Positions 28,091-36,513 of a DNA stretch of 64,000 nucleotides are shown in pieces. The DNA is taken from the NCBI GenBank assembly GCA_039589315.1, contig JBDHHQ010000003.1, positions 32,001 through 96,000 on the forward strand, in the 5' to 3' direction. This DNA comes from Gemmatimonadota bacterium (GTDB lineage Bacteria > Gemmatimonadota > Gemmatimonadetes > Longimicrobiales > Gaopeijiaceae). The notes under the pieces were generated by a model, which worked only from the letters and a program-made list of their open reading frames with translations, searched no databases and was not told the DNA's origin. The position numbers and the translations under genes were made by a program. The number at the start of each line of letters is the position of its first letter. Positions within the stretch are counted from its first letter, which is position 1.

Positions 28091-29935
28091 TCAGAAGAGA
28101 CCGAGAGCGCTGGCCAAGCTGTCCACCCGGGCCCGCGCTCCCTCCGAATCCACCCGCGCCCGGGCCGAGTCCAGCGCCGCCCCGGCCATGTCCGTGAGAC
28201 CGGCCCGCGACGCCTCCTCGGCCAGCCAGTACCACTGCTGCCACCGGTCCCCTTCTCCGCTCGCGATCACGGCGTGCCGCGCCTCCACCGCCTCGCCCCA
28301 CCGTTCCTGCCCTCCGAGCGCCGAGGCCAGCATGTGGAGCATGGACGGGTCCCCAGGATCGATCTCCAGGGCCGCCCGCGCCGCCGCTTCGGCCTCAGGC
28401 CACGCCTCCAGCGCCGTGTAGGTGGTCGTGAGCAGCACCGGAGCTACCGCGTACTCCGGCTTGTCCCGCCACGCCATCTCGAGGATCGGCCTTGCCGACT
28501 CGTGCCTCCCGACGCCAGCCAACTTCCGCCCGATCTCGGTTGTGAGCGAGTAGTGGGCGCCGGCCACGTTGATGGCTAGCCGGTACGCTCGCAGCGCTGC
28601 GCTCACCCGACCTCGCTCGAACAGGACGTCTCCGAGGGCCCACTGGGCCCGTCCGGACTCCGGGTGATCCCGCAAGAGCGAGTTGAAGACCGTGAGGTTG
28701 TCCTTCCAGACCGGGTTCCGCGTCACGGTCCGCACGGACATCAGGACTACCACGCTCGCGACCAATATCGCCACGGTCCTGGGGCGCTCTCCATGGATGG
28801 ATGAGACGATCCATCCGACGATCACGGCGAACCCGACGGAGGGCAGGTAGAAGGTCCGCTCGGCCAGGAGCACGCCGGCAAGGAAGGCCACGTTGGCCAC
28901 GGTCGAGATCGTGATGACGAACCAGACGACCCCGAATCCGGCGGCTCTTGGGGCAACGGCGCCGGGCCGGGACGCCGGAGCCCGCCAGCTCCACAGCGCC
29001 ATGGCCAGGACGGCCATGACCAGCCCGACCCCCAGGAGGTTGGTGGGATTCCATCCCATGAAGATCCGGAGCACGGAGGGCGCGTAGTCGACGGACAGGT
29101 CGTACGGGAACACGAGGAGGCGGACGTAGTGGGGCCAGATGCCGGCCACGGTCCAGATTCGCGGCACCTGCTCCAGGATGTCCGCACCGAAAGGCGCCAA
29201 CGGGTGGGCCAGGCTGCCCAGAACGGCCTTGCGCGCGGCCAGAATCAGCCCGGCCGTACCGGCCAGCGACCCGTACAAGAGCCAACGCTGCTTCAGGTAG
29301 GCGGGCAGCTGCCGCAGTGACGTGTCCTCGAAGAAACCGTCGATAAGGAAGAGCACCCCCGGCAGCGTAACCGCGCTCTCCTTGGTCAGGAACGCCGCCG
29401 CGTAGAGGGCACAAAGACCAGCGGCTCTGCCGAGCCCGATCCTCGCACGCCACCGCACGAACACGAGACACGCGAGGAGATAGAAGACGCTCGACAACAC
29501 CTCGGCCCGACCCACGATGTTCGCCACGGCCTCCACGTGCACGGGGTGCACGGAGAAGACCAGCGCGCCGGCCAAGGCGCCGACGAACGGCAGCAGGACC
29601 AGGAGCAGGCGAAAGACCAGGACAGAGGCCGTGGCGTGCAGCCCGACGTTCACGGCGTGATAGCCCGCCGGATGCCCATTCCACAGCGACCACTCGAGCC
29701 CGTAGATGCCGGTGGAGAGCGGGCGCCACAGGCCCAGGGCCTGCCCCAGGTCCCCGGGCCAATACGGGTCGACGAGGGCGCCCGGCAACGCGCCCAGCGC
29801 GTGGATGTCCTCGTTTTCCTGGATGATGTGGAGGTCGTCGAACGCGAAGTCGTGGCCGAGGGAGTTGAGGAACACCACCGCGGCCATGCTGGCCACGATC
29901 CCCGAGGCGAGGCGAGCCGAGCGTGCAGACGTCAA
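28091..29935 (-). CDS. TMTC-like GT-C glycosyltransferase (multi-TM + DUF1736-like + TPR)
   Basis: FAFDD..I.EN, WRPL, YHAVNVGLH, FSVHPVHVEAVANIVGRAEVL, KESAVTL, LAERTFYLPS, RNPVWKDN, followed by TPRs. Confidence 0.85.
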   Translation of the reverse strand: MTSARSARLASGIVASMAAVVFLNSLGHDFAFDDLHIIQENEDIHALGALPGALVDPYWPGDLGQALGLWRPLSTGIYGLEWSLWNGHPAGYHAVNVGLHATASVLVFRLLLVLLPFVGALAGALVFSVHPVHVEAVANIVGRAEVLSSVFYLLACLVFVRWRARIGLGRAAGLCALYAAAFLTKESAVTLPGVLFLIDGFFEDTSLRQLPAYLKQRWLLYGSLAGTAGLILAARKAVLGSLAHPLAPFGADILEQVPRIWTVAGIWPHYVRLLVFPYDLSVDYAPSVLRIFMGWNPTNLLGVGLVMAVLAMALWSWRAPASRPGAVAPRAAGFGVVWFVITISTVANVAFLAGVLLAERTFYLPSVGFAVIVGWIVSSIHGERPRTVAILVASVVVLMSVRTVTRNPVWKDNLTVFNSLLRDHPESGRAQWALGDVLFERGRVSAALRAYRLAINVAGAHYSLTTEIGRKLAGVGRHESARPILEMAWRDKPEYAVAPVLLTTTYTALEAWPEAEAAARAALEIDPGDPSMLHMLASALGGQERWGEAVEARHAVIASGEGDRWQQWYWLAEEASRAGLTDMAGAALDSARARVDSEGARARVDSLASALGLF

Positions 29936-29948
29936 GGAGCTGGGCCGG

Positions 29949-30812
29949 TCAGTCGCTGGGGTCCGGCCCGATGCCCGAGGCCCGGTCCGGCTCGGAGGTG
30001 GGCGGGAGCTCGCCGCGTTGCTCCCACCTCGGCACCATGGGCGGCGTCCAGCGGGGGGCCCGCGCGGACAGCAAGTTGGAGCGCAGGATGTACCAGAGCG
30101 CGGCGAACCCGTCTCGCCAGTTGATCTTCTTGCCCTCTGCGTAGCTCCGCCCGTGGTAGCTGATGGGGAGCTCGTAGATCTTGGCGCCGGACTGGGCCAG
30201 CCTCGCCGTGAGCTCGGGTTCGATGCCGAACCGGTCTGCGGACAGCGGGAGGGACTTCAGGAGCGGTGCCCGCACCATCTTGTAGCACGTCTCCATGTCC
30301 GTGAGGTTGAGGTCGGTCAACATGTTGGACAGGAGGGTCAGCAACCGGTTCCCCACCATGTGCCAGAAGAACAGCACCCGGTGGGGACCGGACAGGAAGC
30401 GCGAGCCGTAGACGGCGTCGGCCTTCCCTTGAAGGATGGGCTGCAGCAGGATCGGCAGCTCGTGGGGGTCGTATTCCATGTCGGCGTCCTGAACGACGAT
30501 CACATCACCGGTGGCCCGCTGGAACCCCTCCCGCAAGGCCGCCCCTTTGCCCTGGTTCTCGGGAAGGAGGACCAGGGTGTCGATGGCACCCTCCTCCTCC
30601 AGCCGGCTCAGGATGTCCCGGGTCCCGTCCGTGGACCCGTCATCTATGACGATGACGTCCAGGTTGAGGGGGAGCTCACGCAGCCGGCGAATCAGCTGCT
30701 CTGCGGTATGCCGCTCGTTGAATGCCGGGATCACCACCGAAAGGACCACGCGGTCCCACGGAAGCGGCGCCGAGGGTTTCACGCTGGGGATCGAGTCATC
30801 GATACGGTGCAT
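29949..30812 (-). CDS. GT2 polyprenol-phosphate-sugar synthase (DPM1/Ppm1-like)
   Basis: LSVVIPAFNE, IDDGSTDGT, NQGKGAAL, QDADMEYDP, VYGSRF, LTDMETCYK, RFGIEPE, EGKKINWRDG. Confidence 0.9.
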   Translation of the reverse strand: MHRIDDSIPSVKPSAPLPWDRVVLSVVIPAFNERHTAEQLIRRLRELPLNLDVIVIDDGSTDGTRDILSRLEEEGAIDTLVLLPENQGKGAALREGFQRATGDVIVVQDADMEYDPHELPILLQPILQGKADAVYGSRFLSGPHRVLFFWHMVGNRLLTLLSNMLTDLNLTDMETCYKMVRAPLLKSLPLSADRFGIEPELTARLAQSGAKIYELPISYHGRSYAEGKKINWRDGFAALWYILRSNLLSARAPRWTPPMVPRWEQRGELPPTSEPDRASGIGPDPSD

Positions 30813-30834
30813 CGGGTCGTCAGTTGGTGCGGGT

Positions 30835-32208
30835 TCAGGACTCGGCGATTCCGTAGCGATTCAGCTTCCGATACAGCGTGGACGGGTCGATGCCCAGGAC
30901 CTCCGCCGCCCGTGTCTTGTTGCCGCCCTCGGCGTGCAGCACCCAGTGGATGTAGGCCCGTTCGATCACCTCCATGGAGGGATTGGGCGGCAGGTTCGCG
31001 CTCACCAGCTGCGGCGTGGGGGCCGACCGAACGCGCTCGGGCAGGGCATCGGCCTTGATGGTGTCGGCGGAGGTGACGACCGCCGCCCTCTCCAACGCGT
31101 TCTCGAGCTCGCGAACGTTGCCCGGCCAGTCGTACCGGACCAGGATCTCCATGGTCTCCTCGGTGAGTCCCTTGACCCCGTCTTCCCGATCCCGGCCGAG
31201 CTTCTCCAGGAAGTGGTCCGCGAGTACCGGAATGTCCTCCCTCCGCTCTCGCAGTGGAGGAATGTGGAGGACGATGACGTTCAACCGATAGTAGAGGTCG
31301 CTACGGAACGTGCCTTTCCGAATCTCCTCTTCCAGGTCTCGGTTGGTGGCGGCGAGGATTCTAGTGTCAACCGGGACGGATTCCGTGGCGCCGACCGGGA
31401 TCACCTCCCGCTCCTGGAGCGCGCGCAGGAGCTTCACCTGGGTGGCCGGGCTCATCTCCCCGATCTCGTCCAGGAAGAAGCTGCCCCCGGCCGCAGCCAC
31501 GAGGAGCCCTTCCTTGTCCTTCACGGCGCCCGTGAACGAGCCTTTCACATGCCCGAAGAGCTCGCTCTCCAGGAGGCTGTCGGGCAAGGCCCCGCAGTTG
31601 ATGGAGAGAAAGGGCCCGTCGGCCCGATCCGACAGCGAGTGGATGTAGCGGGCGAGCACCTCTTTTCCGGTCCCGCTCTCTCCACCGAGGAGCACGGTGG
31701 AATCGCTAGGAGCGACGGTCTCGGCCAGCTCGAGGACGTCCACGAAGGCCCGGGCCTTCCCGATGGGTCTCCCTTGCGTCGTGCGGTCTCGGCGCCGGAT
31801 CTCCTTCTTGAGCTCTTTGTTTTCGACCTTGAGCTGCCGAGACTCCGCCGCTCGTTTGCAGATGGCCAGGAGCTCGTCGTTCGCGAAGGGCTTCTGGATG
31901 TAGTAGAAGGCGCCCTCGTTCACTGCCCGCATGGCCGACTGGAGGGACGCCTGCGCGGTCATGAGTATGACCGGCACCTCCGGATCGTGCTCGATGGCCG
32001 CCGCCATGACGTCCAAACCCGTGACGCCGGGCATCTTGACGTCCGTGAGCACGATGTCGGGGCGGGTCGATTCCATCGCGGCGAGGGCCTCCCTGCCTCC
32101 CTGCGCCACCACCGCCCGGTACCCTTCGCCCTTGAACAGGATGCGAAGCGAGTCGAGGATGCTCGTTTCGTCATCCACGATGAGTATGCTTACCGGATCC
32201 CCGCTCAT
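30835..32208 (-). CDS. pilR: sigma54-dependent response regulator, PilR-like
   Basis: ILIVDDE, DVKMPG, GESGTGKE, GSFTGA loop, WPGNVRELEN, GNKTRAAEVLGI; downstream of pilS. Confidence 0.85.
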   Translation of the reverse strand: MSGDPVSILIVDDETSILDSLRILFKGEGYRAVVAQGGREALAAMESTRPDIVLTDVKMPGVTGLDVMAAAIEHDPEVPVILMTAQASLQSAMRAVNEGAFYYIQKPFANDELLAICKRAAESRQLKVENKELKKEIRRRDRTTQGRPIGKARAFVDVLELAETVAPSDSTVLLGGESGTGKEVLARYIHSLSDRADGPFLSINCGALPDSLLESELFGHVKGSFTGAVKDKEGLLVAAAGGSFFLDEIGEMSPATQVKLLRALQEREVIPVGATESVPVDTRILAATNRDLEEEIRKGTFRSDLYYRLNVIVLHIPPLRERREDIPVLADHFLEKLGRDREDGVKGLTEETMEILVRYDWPGNVRELENALERAAVVTSADTIKADALPERVRSAPTPQLVSANLPPNPSMEVIERAYIHWVLHAEGGNKTRAAEVLGIDPSTLYRKLNRYGIAES

Positions 32209-32251
32209 CCTCGCGCCTCCTGACGCGTGCTTGGCCACCGTACCCGGCGTG

Positions 32252-33943
32252 CTACGCTACTTGCGCGCCGCCGTCGGCCGACCTGGGAAGATAGATGATG
32301 AACTCGGCTCCCCCCTCCGGGGCCCGCTCGACGAAGACGGCCCCGTGATGCGCCTCGACCGCGCGATGCACCACCGCGAGACCCATCCCACTCCCTCCCT
32401 CCCGGGTCGTGAAGAACGGATCGAAGATCCGCGATACCTGCTTCGGATCGATGCCGGGGCCCGAGTCCTGGACACTGAATCGCACGGGTGAGTCCACCGC
32501 TCCCTGCAACGCGCCCTCTCCTTCTGGCCGTGCCTGAAGCTGGACCCGCACGACACCCTCGAAGCCCGAGAACTGAACCGCGTTCAAGAGGAGGTTGAAG
32601 ACGGCACGGTGCAGGAGATCGCCGTCTCCCGGAATCCATACTTCCTCTTCGAGCCCGGAGCATTCGAGCCGGACCCCTCCGCCGACCTCGGGATGCTGTT
32701 CGAGGACGGCGGTGCACTCCCGGACCAACCGAGCGAAGTCGACCTCCTCCCGTTGGCCCATCTTGAGGGAGCTGAACTCGAGAAACTCGGTCAGCAGCCG
32801 GCTCAGCCGATCGGACTCGGTCAGCACCAGCCTTCCGAGCACCTCCCGGTCCTCTTCACCGAGGGTCGGCTTGGTGATCTGCTCGACGCTCGAACGGATC
32901 GACGCCAGCGGGTTCTTGATCTCGTGGGCGAGAGAGGCGGCCAGCTCGGCGATGACCTCGATGCGGTCGGCCCGCCGATCGAGAGCCTTCAGCTGCTCCT
33001 GGTCCGTGATGTCCTGGAAGATGGCCGTCACCGACGGCCGTTCCTCCGGATCGTGCGAGACCACGGTCGTGCTGATGCCCAGCGTGCTCTCCCTGCCACC
33101 GCGGCGCGCTACGGTCTTGAACCGCGCGAGGGGTCGTCGTTCCTCGGCCGTCCAGACGAGGACCTTGCCCAGGTCGGGCGCGACCTCCGCCACCGCCTCC
33201 AACACGGGTTGGGCGTCCCAGTCCTCCGCCTTGATGCCCAGGAGCTCCTCGCCCGCAGGGTTCAGGTACACGACCCCCCCCGAACCGTCCACGGTCAGGA
33301 TGCCCGTCTGGATGTTCGCCAGGATGTCGTCGGTGGTGATCCGCAGCCGTTGGAGCTGGGACTCGACCGTGCCGAGGGCGATGCCCGCCCGCCGGACCCG
33401 ATCGCCCAGCCATCCGGTGATGATGGCCACGAGGCCGAACAGGCCCATCTGCAGGAAGATCGGTGCCGAGAACGGCTCGCCGTGTCCCACCACCGCATCG
33501 GCAAAGTAGAACACGCTGCACAGAAACCCGACCAGCACTCCGCCGGGAAGCGGCAGGAGCAGAGCGCCCAGGCTGATGACGAGGATGTAGAGGGGAGCGA
33601 ACACACTGTCGCCGCCGCCGGTGTGGTGCACGAGCAGGGTGACGAGCAGCGAGTCGAAGAGGATCTGAAGGTAGAGGAACCCGACCGGTATCCGGCCCGC
33701 CATGGCTCGGGAGTACCACGCCGAGAGGGCGGTCATCCCCATCACGCCGGCAAACGCCCCTAAGAGGAGCAGGGAGATCACCGGCGGGTCGCCGCCCAAC
33801 CATCCGAGGGTCGCGGCCAGGAGCAGCGCCGTGGCCAGGGTGGCGCGCCCGAGGAACAGCCACCGAAGGAGATCCTCCTTGCCGAACGCCAGGCGAGACC
33901 CGGCGGGTTGGATCCTCAGATCGAGCCTCCCAACTAGAAACAT
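32252..33943 (-). CDS. pilS: PilS-like sensor histidine kinase (multi-TM, PAS, HisKA, HATPase)
   Basis: RWLFLGR, QILFDSLLVTLLVHHTGGGDSVFAPLY (PilS-type TM signature), AHEIKNPLASI, FDPFFTTR, GSGMGL; start uncertain. Confidence 0.87.
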   Translation of the reverse strand: MFLVGRLDLRIQPAGSRLAFGKEDLLRWLFLGRATLATALLLAATLGWLGGDPPVISLLLLGAFAGVMGMTALSAWYSRAMAGRIPVGFLYLQILFDSLLVTLLVHHTGGGDSVFAPLYILVISLGALLLPLPGGVLVGFLCSVFYFADAVVGHGEPFSAPIFLQMGLFGLVAIITGWLGDRVRRAGIALGTVESQLQRLRITTDDILANIQTGILTVDGSGGVVYLNPAGEELLGIKAEDWDAQPVLEAVAEVAPDLGKVLVWTAEERRPLARFKTVARRGGRESTLGISTTVVSHDPEERPSVTAIFQDITDQEQLKALDRRADRIEVIAELAASLAHEIKNPLASIRSSVEQITKPTLGEEDREVLGRLVLTESDRLSRLLTEFLEFSSLKMGQREEVDFARLVRECTAVLEQHPEVGGGVRLECSGLEEEVWIPGDGDLLHRAVFNLLLNAVQFSGFEGVVRVQLQARPEGEGALQGAVDSPVRFSVQDSGPGIDPKQVSRIFDPFFTTREGGSGMGLAVVHRAVEAHHGAVFVERAPEGGAEFIIYLPRSADGGAQVA

Positions 33944-33953
33944 TTGTTCCGTA

Positions 33954-33982
33954 ACAATACAGACGCTTCTGGCAGTGTGCAA
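33954..33982 (-). promoter_or_regulatory. candidate sigma70 promoter of pilS-pilR
   Basis: minus strand TTGCAC-17 bp-TATTGT. Confidence 0.55.
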
Positions 33983-34005
33983 GGGCCATGTCTGGCAATT
34001 TGCAA
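33968..34005. repeat. 15-bp direct repeat (23-bp period) overlapping the pilS -35 element
   Basis: TCTGGCAGTGTGCAA (33968-33982) and TCTGGCAATTTGCAA (33991-34005). Confidence 0.7.
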
Positions 34006-34045
34006 TCCTGTAGAACGGCGGGTGTGATCCGGCTTCCGAAGGGGG

Positions 34046-34633
34046 TCAGCGCGATGATTCGGGGCCTGGCGGCCGTGGCGGAGAGGGGGCGGGCGGCCGC
34101 AGGACCGAGAGCTCGGCCACCAGATCCCGGATACGGCGGATCTGGCGTTGGATGGTCTCCAGAGATTCCCGCAGCTCGCCCTCGTCGACGTCCATCAGGA
34201 GCAGCTGCGTCTCGGCCAGCGCCGACGTGAGCGGATTGTTGATGTCGTGGCGGGCCCGCGCCACGTGCCGGAGCACCACGCCCAGCTCCAGCACCGGAGC
34301 CACGGAATCGGGGCGGGCGGCGGTGAGGACGTCGTCCAGGGATTGGAGGTACCCCATGGAGATGGGTAGCGCAGAGACGGCACCGTCCTCGGTCCACTCC
34401 AGGTGGATCACGCCCCAGTGCCCGCCCCGCACCCTGAGCTCGCGGCTCATCCCGGCCGCGTCGGCCAACGAGACGCCCGGGCCGACCAGAACCAGGCCGG
34501 CGGGCAGGTCGGATGTCGTGAGCAACTCGGCGACCGACAGGAAGGTCGCGACGCCTTCGGGTAGGCGGGGCCCCACCCGCTCGGCGTGTTGCGCGGGCGC
34601 CACGAGGGCTGTGATGGCGGTGTTGGCGTGCAT
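34046..34633 (-). CDS. stand-alone HisKA (dimerization/phosphoacceptor) protein lacking an ATPase domain
   Basis: C-terminal ARARHDINNPLTSALAETQLL...IQRQIRRIRDLVAEL H-box hairpin, then stop; start uncertain. Confidence 0.7.
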   Translation of the reverse strand: MHANTAITALVAPAQHAERVGPRLPEGVATFLSVAELLTTSDLPAGLVLVGPGVSLADAAGMSRELRVRGGHWGVIHLEWTEDGAVSALPISMGYLQSLDDVLTAARPDSVAPVLELGVVLRHVARARHDINNPLTSALAETQLLLMDVDEGELRESLETIQRQIRRIRDLVAELSVLRPPAPSPPRPPGPESSR

Positions 34634-34806
34634 CGAGAGCGACTCCGGCGGGCGGGGCTCGGGCCCGCTGTCCCGAATGGAAGCGCGTGACATGCGAAAG
34701 GGGAAGTCTAGAGTCCGCCCCCGGCTCTCGCCAGACGGGTACGTGGGGGTGCGGTGCGAGGACCGGCAGGTCAGATTGGGCATCGCAACCCCAGGAGAGA
34801 CGCCTC

Positions 34807-36513
34807 ATGATCCAGTCGTCCCTGCTCGCCGCCGCTCGGGGCGAGCGACCTGCCGACGTCCTGTTCAAGGGCGGCATGGTGGCCAACGTTCTTACCTCCG
34901 AGCTCGAGCGGGTGGACGTGGCCGTGACCGAAGGCCGGGTGGCCGGGTTGGGTACCGACTACGAAGCGGCCCACGTCGTGGACGTATCGGGGCGATTCCT
35001 CTTCCCGGGCTACCTGGACGCCCACGTCCACATCGAGTCGAGCCTGGCGACGCCCGCAGAATTCGCCAGGGCGGTGGTCCCCCGCGGCACGACCACCGTG
35101 GTCTGTGACCCTCACGAGATCGCCAACGTGCACGGCCTCGCGGGGATCCACTACATGCTGAGGTGCAGCGAGAACCTGCCACTCTCCGTGCTGGTGATGG
35201 CCAGCTCCTGCGTGCCCGCCACTCACATGGGGACCGCCGGTGCCGAGCTCACCGCGGGGGACCTCTCGTCGCTCCTGACCCACGATCGCGTGCTGGGTCT
35301 CGCCGAGGTCATGAACTTCCCCGGCGTCATCGACGGGCACCCGGACGTGCTGGCCAAGATCGACGCGTTCCGTGGTCTTCCCGTCGACGGCCACGCCCCG
35401 AGTGTCCGTGGCGCTCACCTCAACGCCTACGTGGTGGGTGGTCCCATGTCGGACCACGAGTGTACGACGCCGGAAGAAGCGCTGGAGAAGCTCCGCCGTG
35501 GGCTGTGGCTGTTCCTGCGGGAGGCCACCAATGCCCGGAATCTGCGGGACCTCCTTCCGGCGTTGACGGCCGAGAACCGTCGCCGGGTCGCCCTTTGTAC
35601 GGATGACCGTCAGCCGCCTGATCTCCTGGACGAGGGCGGCGTGGATCACATGCTGCGGGTCCTGGTGGAGTCGGGGATCGAACCGGTCGAGGCGCTTCGG
35701 TTGGCCACGTTGAACCCGGCCGAGTACTTCGGCCTCCGGGACCGCGGCGCCATTGCTCCAGGACGACGGGCAGACGTCGTGGTGGTGTCCGACCTCCACT
35801 CCTTCGCGGCGGAGGACGTCTTCGTGGGGGGAACGCTCGTGGCCCGTTCGGGCGAGGCGCTCCCCTGGAGCCTCCCTCCGCCGCCCCCGCCGCCGGCACC
35901 GTCGATGCGGGTGGAGTGGGACCGCGTGGACCTGTCCATCCCCGCTCGCGGAGACCGGGTCAGGGTGATCCGCGTGGTGCCCGATCAGATCGTCACGGAT
36001 ACCGGCGTCACGCGACCGAGGGTGGTCGACGGCATGGTGGCGGCGGACCCTGTCCGGGACCTCCTGAAGATCGCGGTCATCGAGCGACATACGGGAAGCG
36101 GCAGGGTCGGCCTCGGCATCGTCCAGGGGATGGGCCTGGCCGAAGGTGCCCTGGCCAGCACCGTGGCGCACGACCACCACAACATCATCGTCGTGGGCGT
36201 GGACGACCGCTCCATGCTGTCAGCGGCCCGTGCGGTGGCCGCGGAGGGCGGTGGCCTGGCTGTCGCCCGGGGAGACGGCGTGCTCGCCACGCTCCCGCTT
36301 CCTGTCGCCGGGCTGATGTCGGATCGACCCATGGATCGGGTGCGCCAGGGGCTGGAGGCGGTGCTCGAGGCGGCACGGAACCTGGGCTCCGGCCTACACG
36401 ACCCGTTCATGGCCCTCTCGTTCCTGGGACTCGAGGTGATCCCGTCACTCAAGATCACGGACCGGGGCCTCGTCGACGTGGACGCCTTCCAGCTCGTGGA
36501 TTTGTGGGCTTGA
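34807..36513 (+). CDS. ade: adenine deaminase
   Basis: PGYLDAHVHIESS, DPHEIANV, LAEVMNFPGV, DGHAP, SDHE, CTDDR, STVAHDHHN, LPVAGLMS; AGGAG RBS. Confidence 0.96.
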   Translation: MIQSSLLAAARGERPADVLFKGGMVANVLTSELERVDVAVTEGRVAGLGTDYEAAHVVDVSGRFLFPGYLDAHVHIESSLATPAEFARAVVPRGTTTVVCDPHEIANVHGLAGIHYMLRCSENLPLSVLVMASSCVPATHMGTAGAELTAGDLSSLLTHDRVLGLAEVMNFPGVIDGHPDVLAKIDAFRGLPVDGHAPSVRGAHLNAYVVGGPMSDHECTTPEEALEKLRRGLWLFLREATNARNLRDLLPALTAENRRRVALCTDDRQPPDLLDEGGVDHMLRVLVESGIEPVEALRLATLNPAEYFGLRDRGAIAPGRRADVVVVSDLHSFAAEDVFVGGTLVARSGEALPWSLPPPPPPPAPSMRVEWDRVDLSIPARGDRVRVIRVVPDQIVTDTGVTRPRVVDGMVAADPVRDLLKIAVIERHTGSGRVGLGIVQGMGLAEGALASTVAHDHHNIIVVGVDDRSMLSAARAVAAEGGGLAVARGDGVLATLPLPVAGLMSDRPMDRVRQGLEAVLEAARNLGSGLHDPFMALSFLGLEVIPSLKITDRGLVDVDAFQLVDLWA

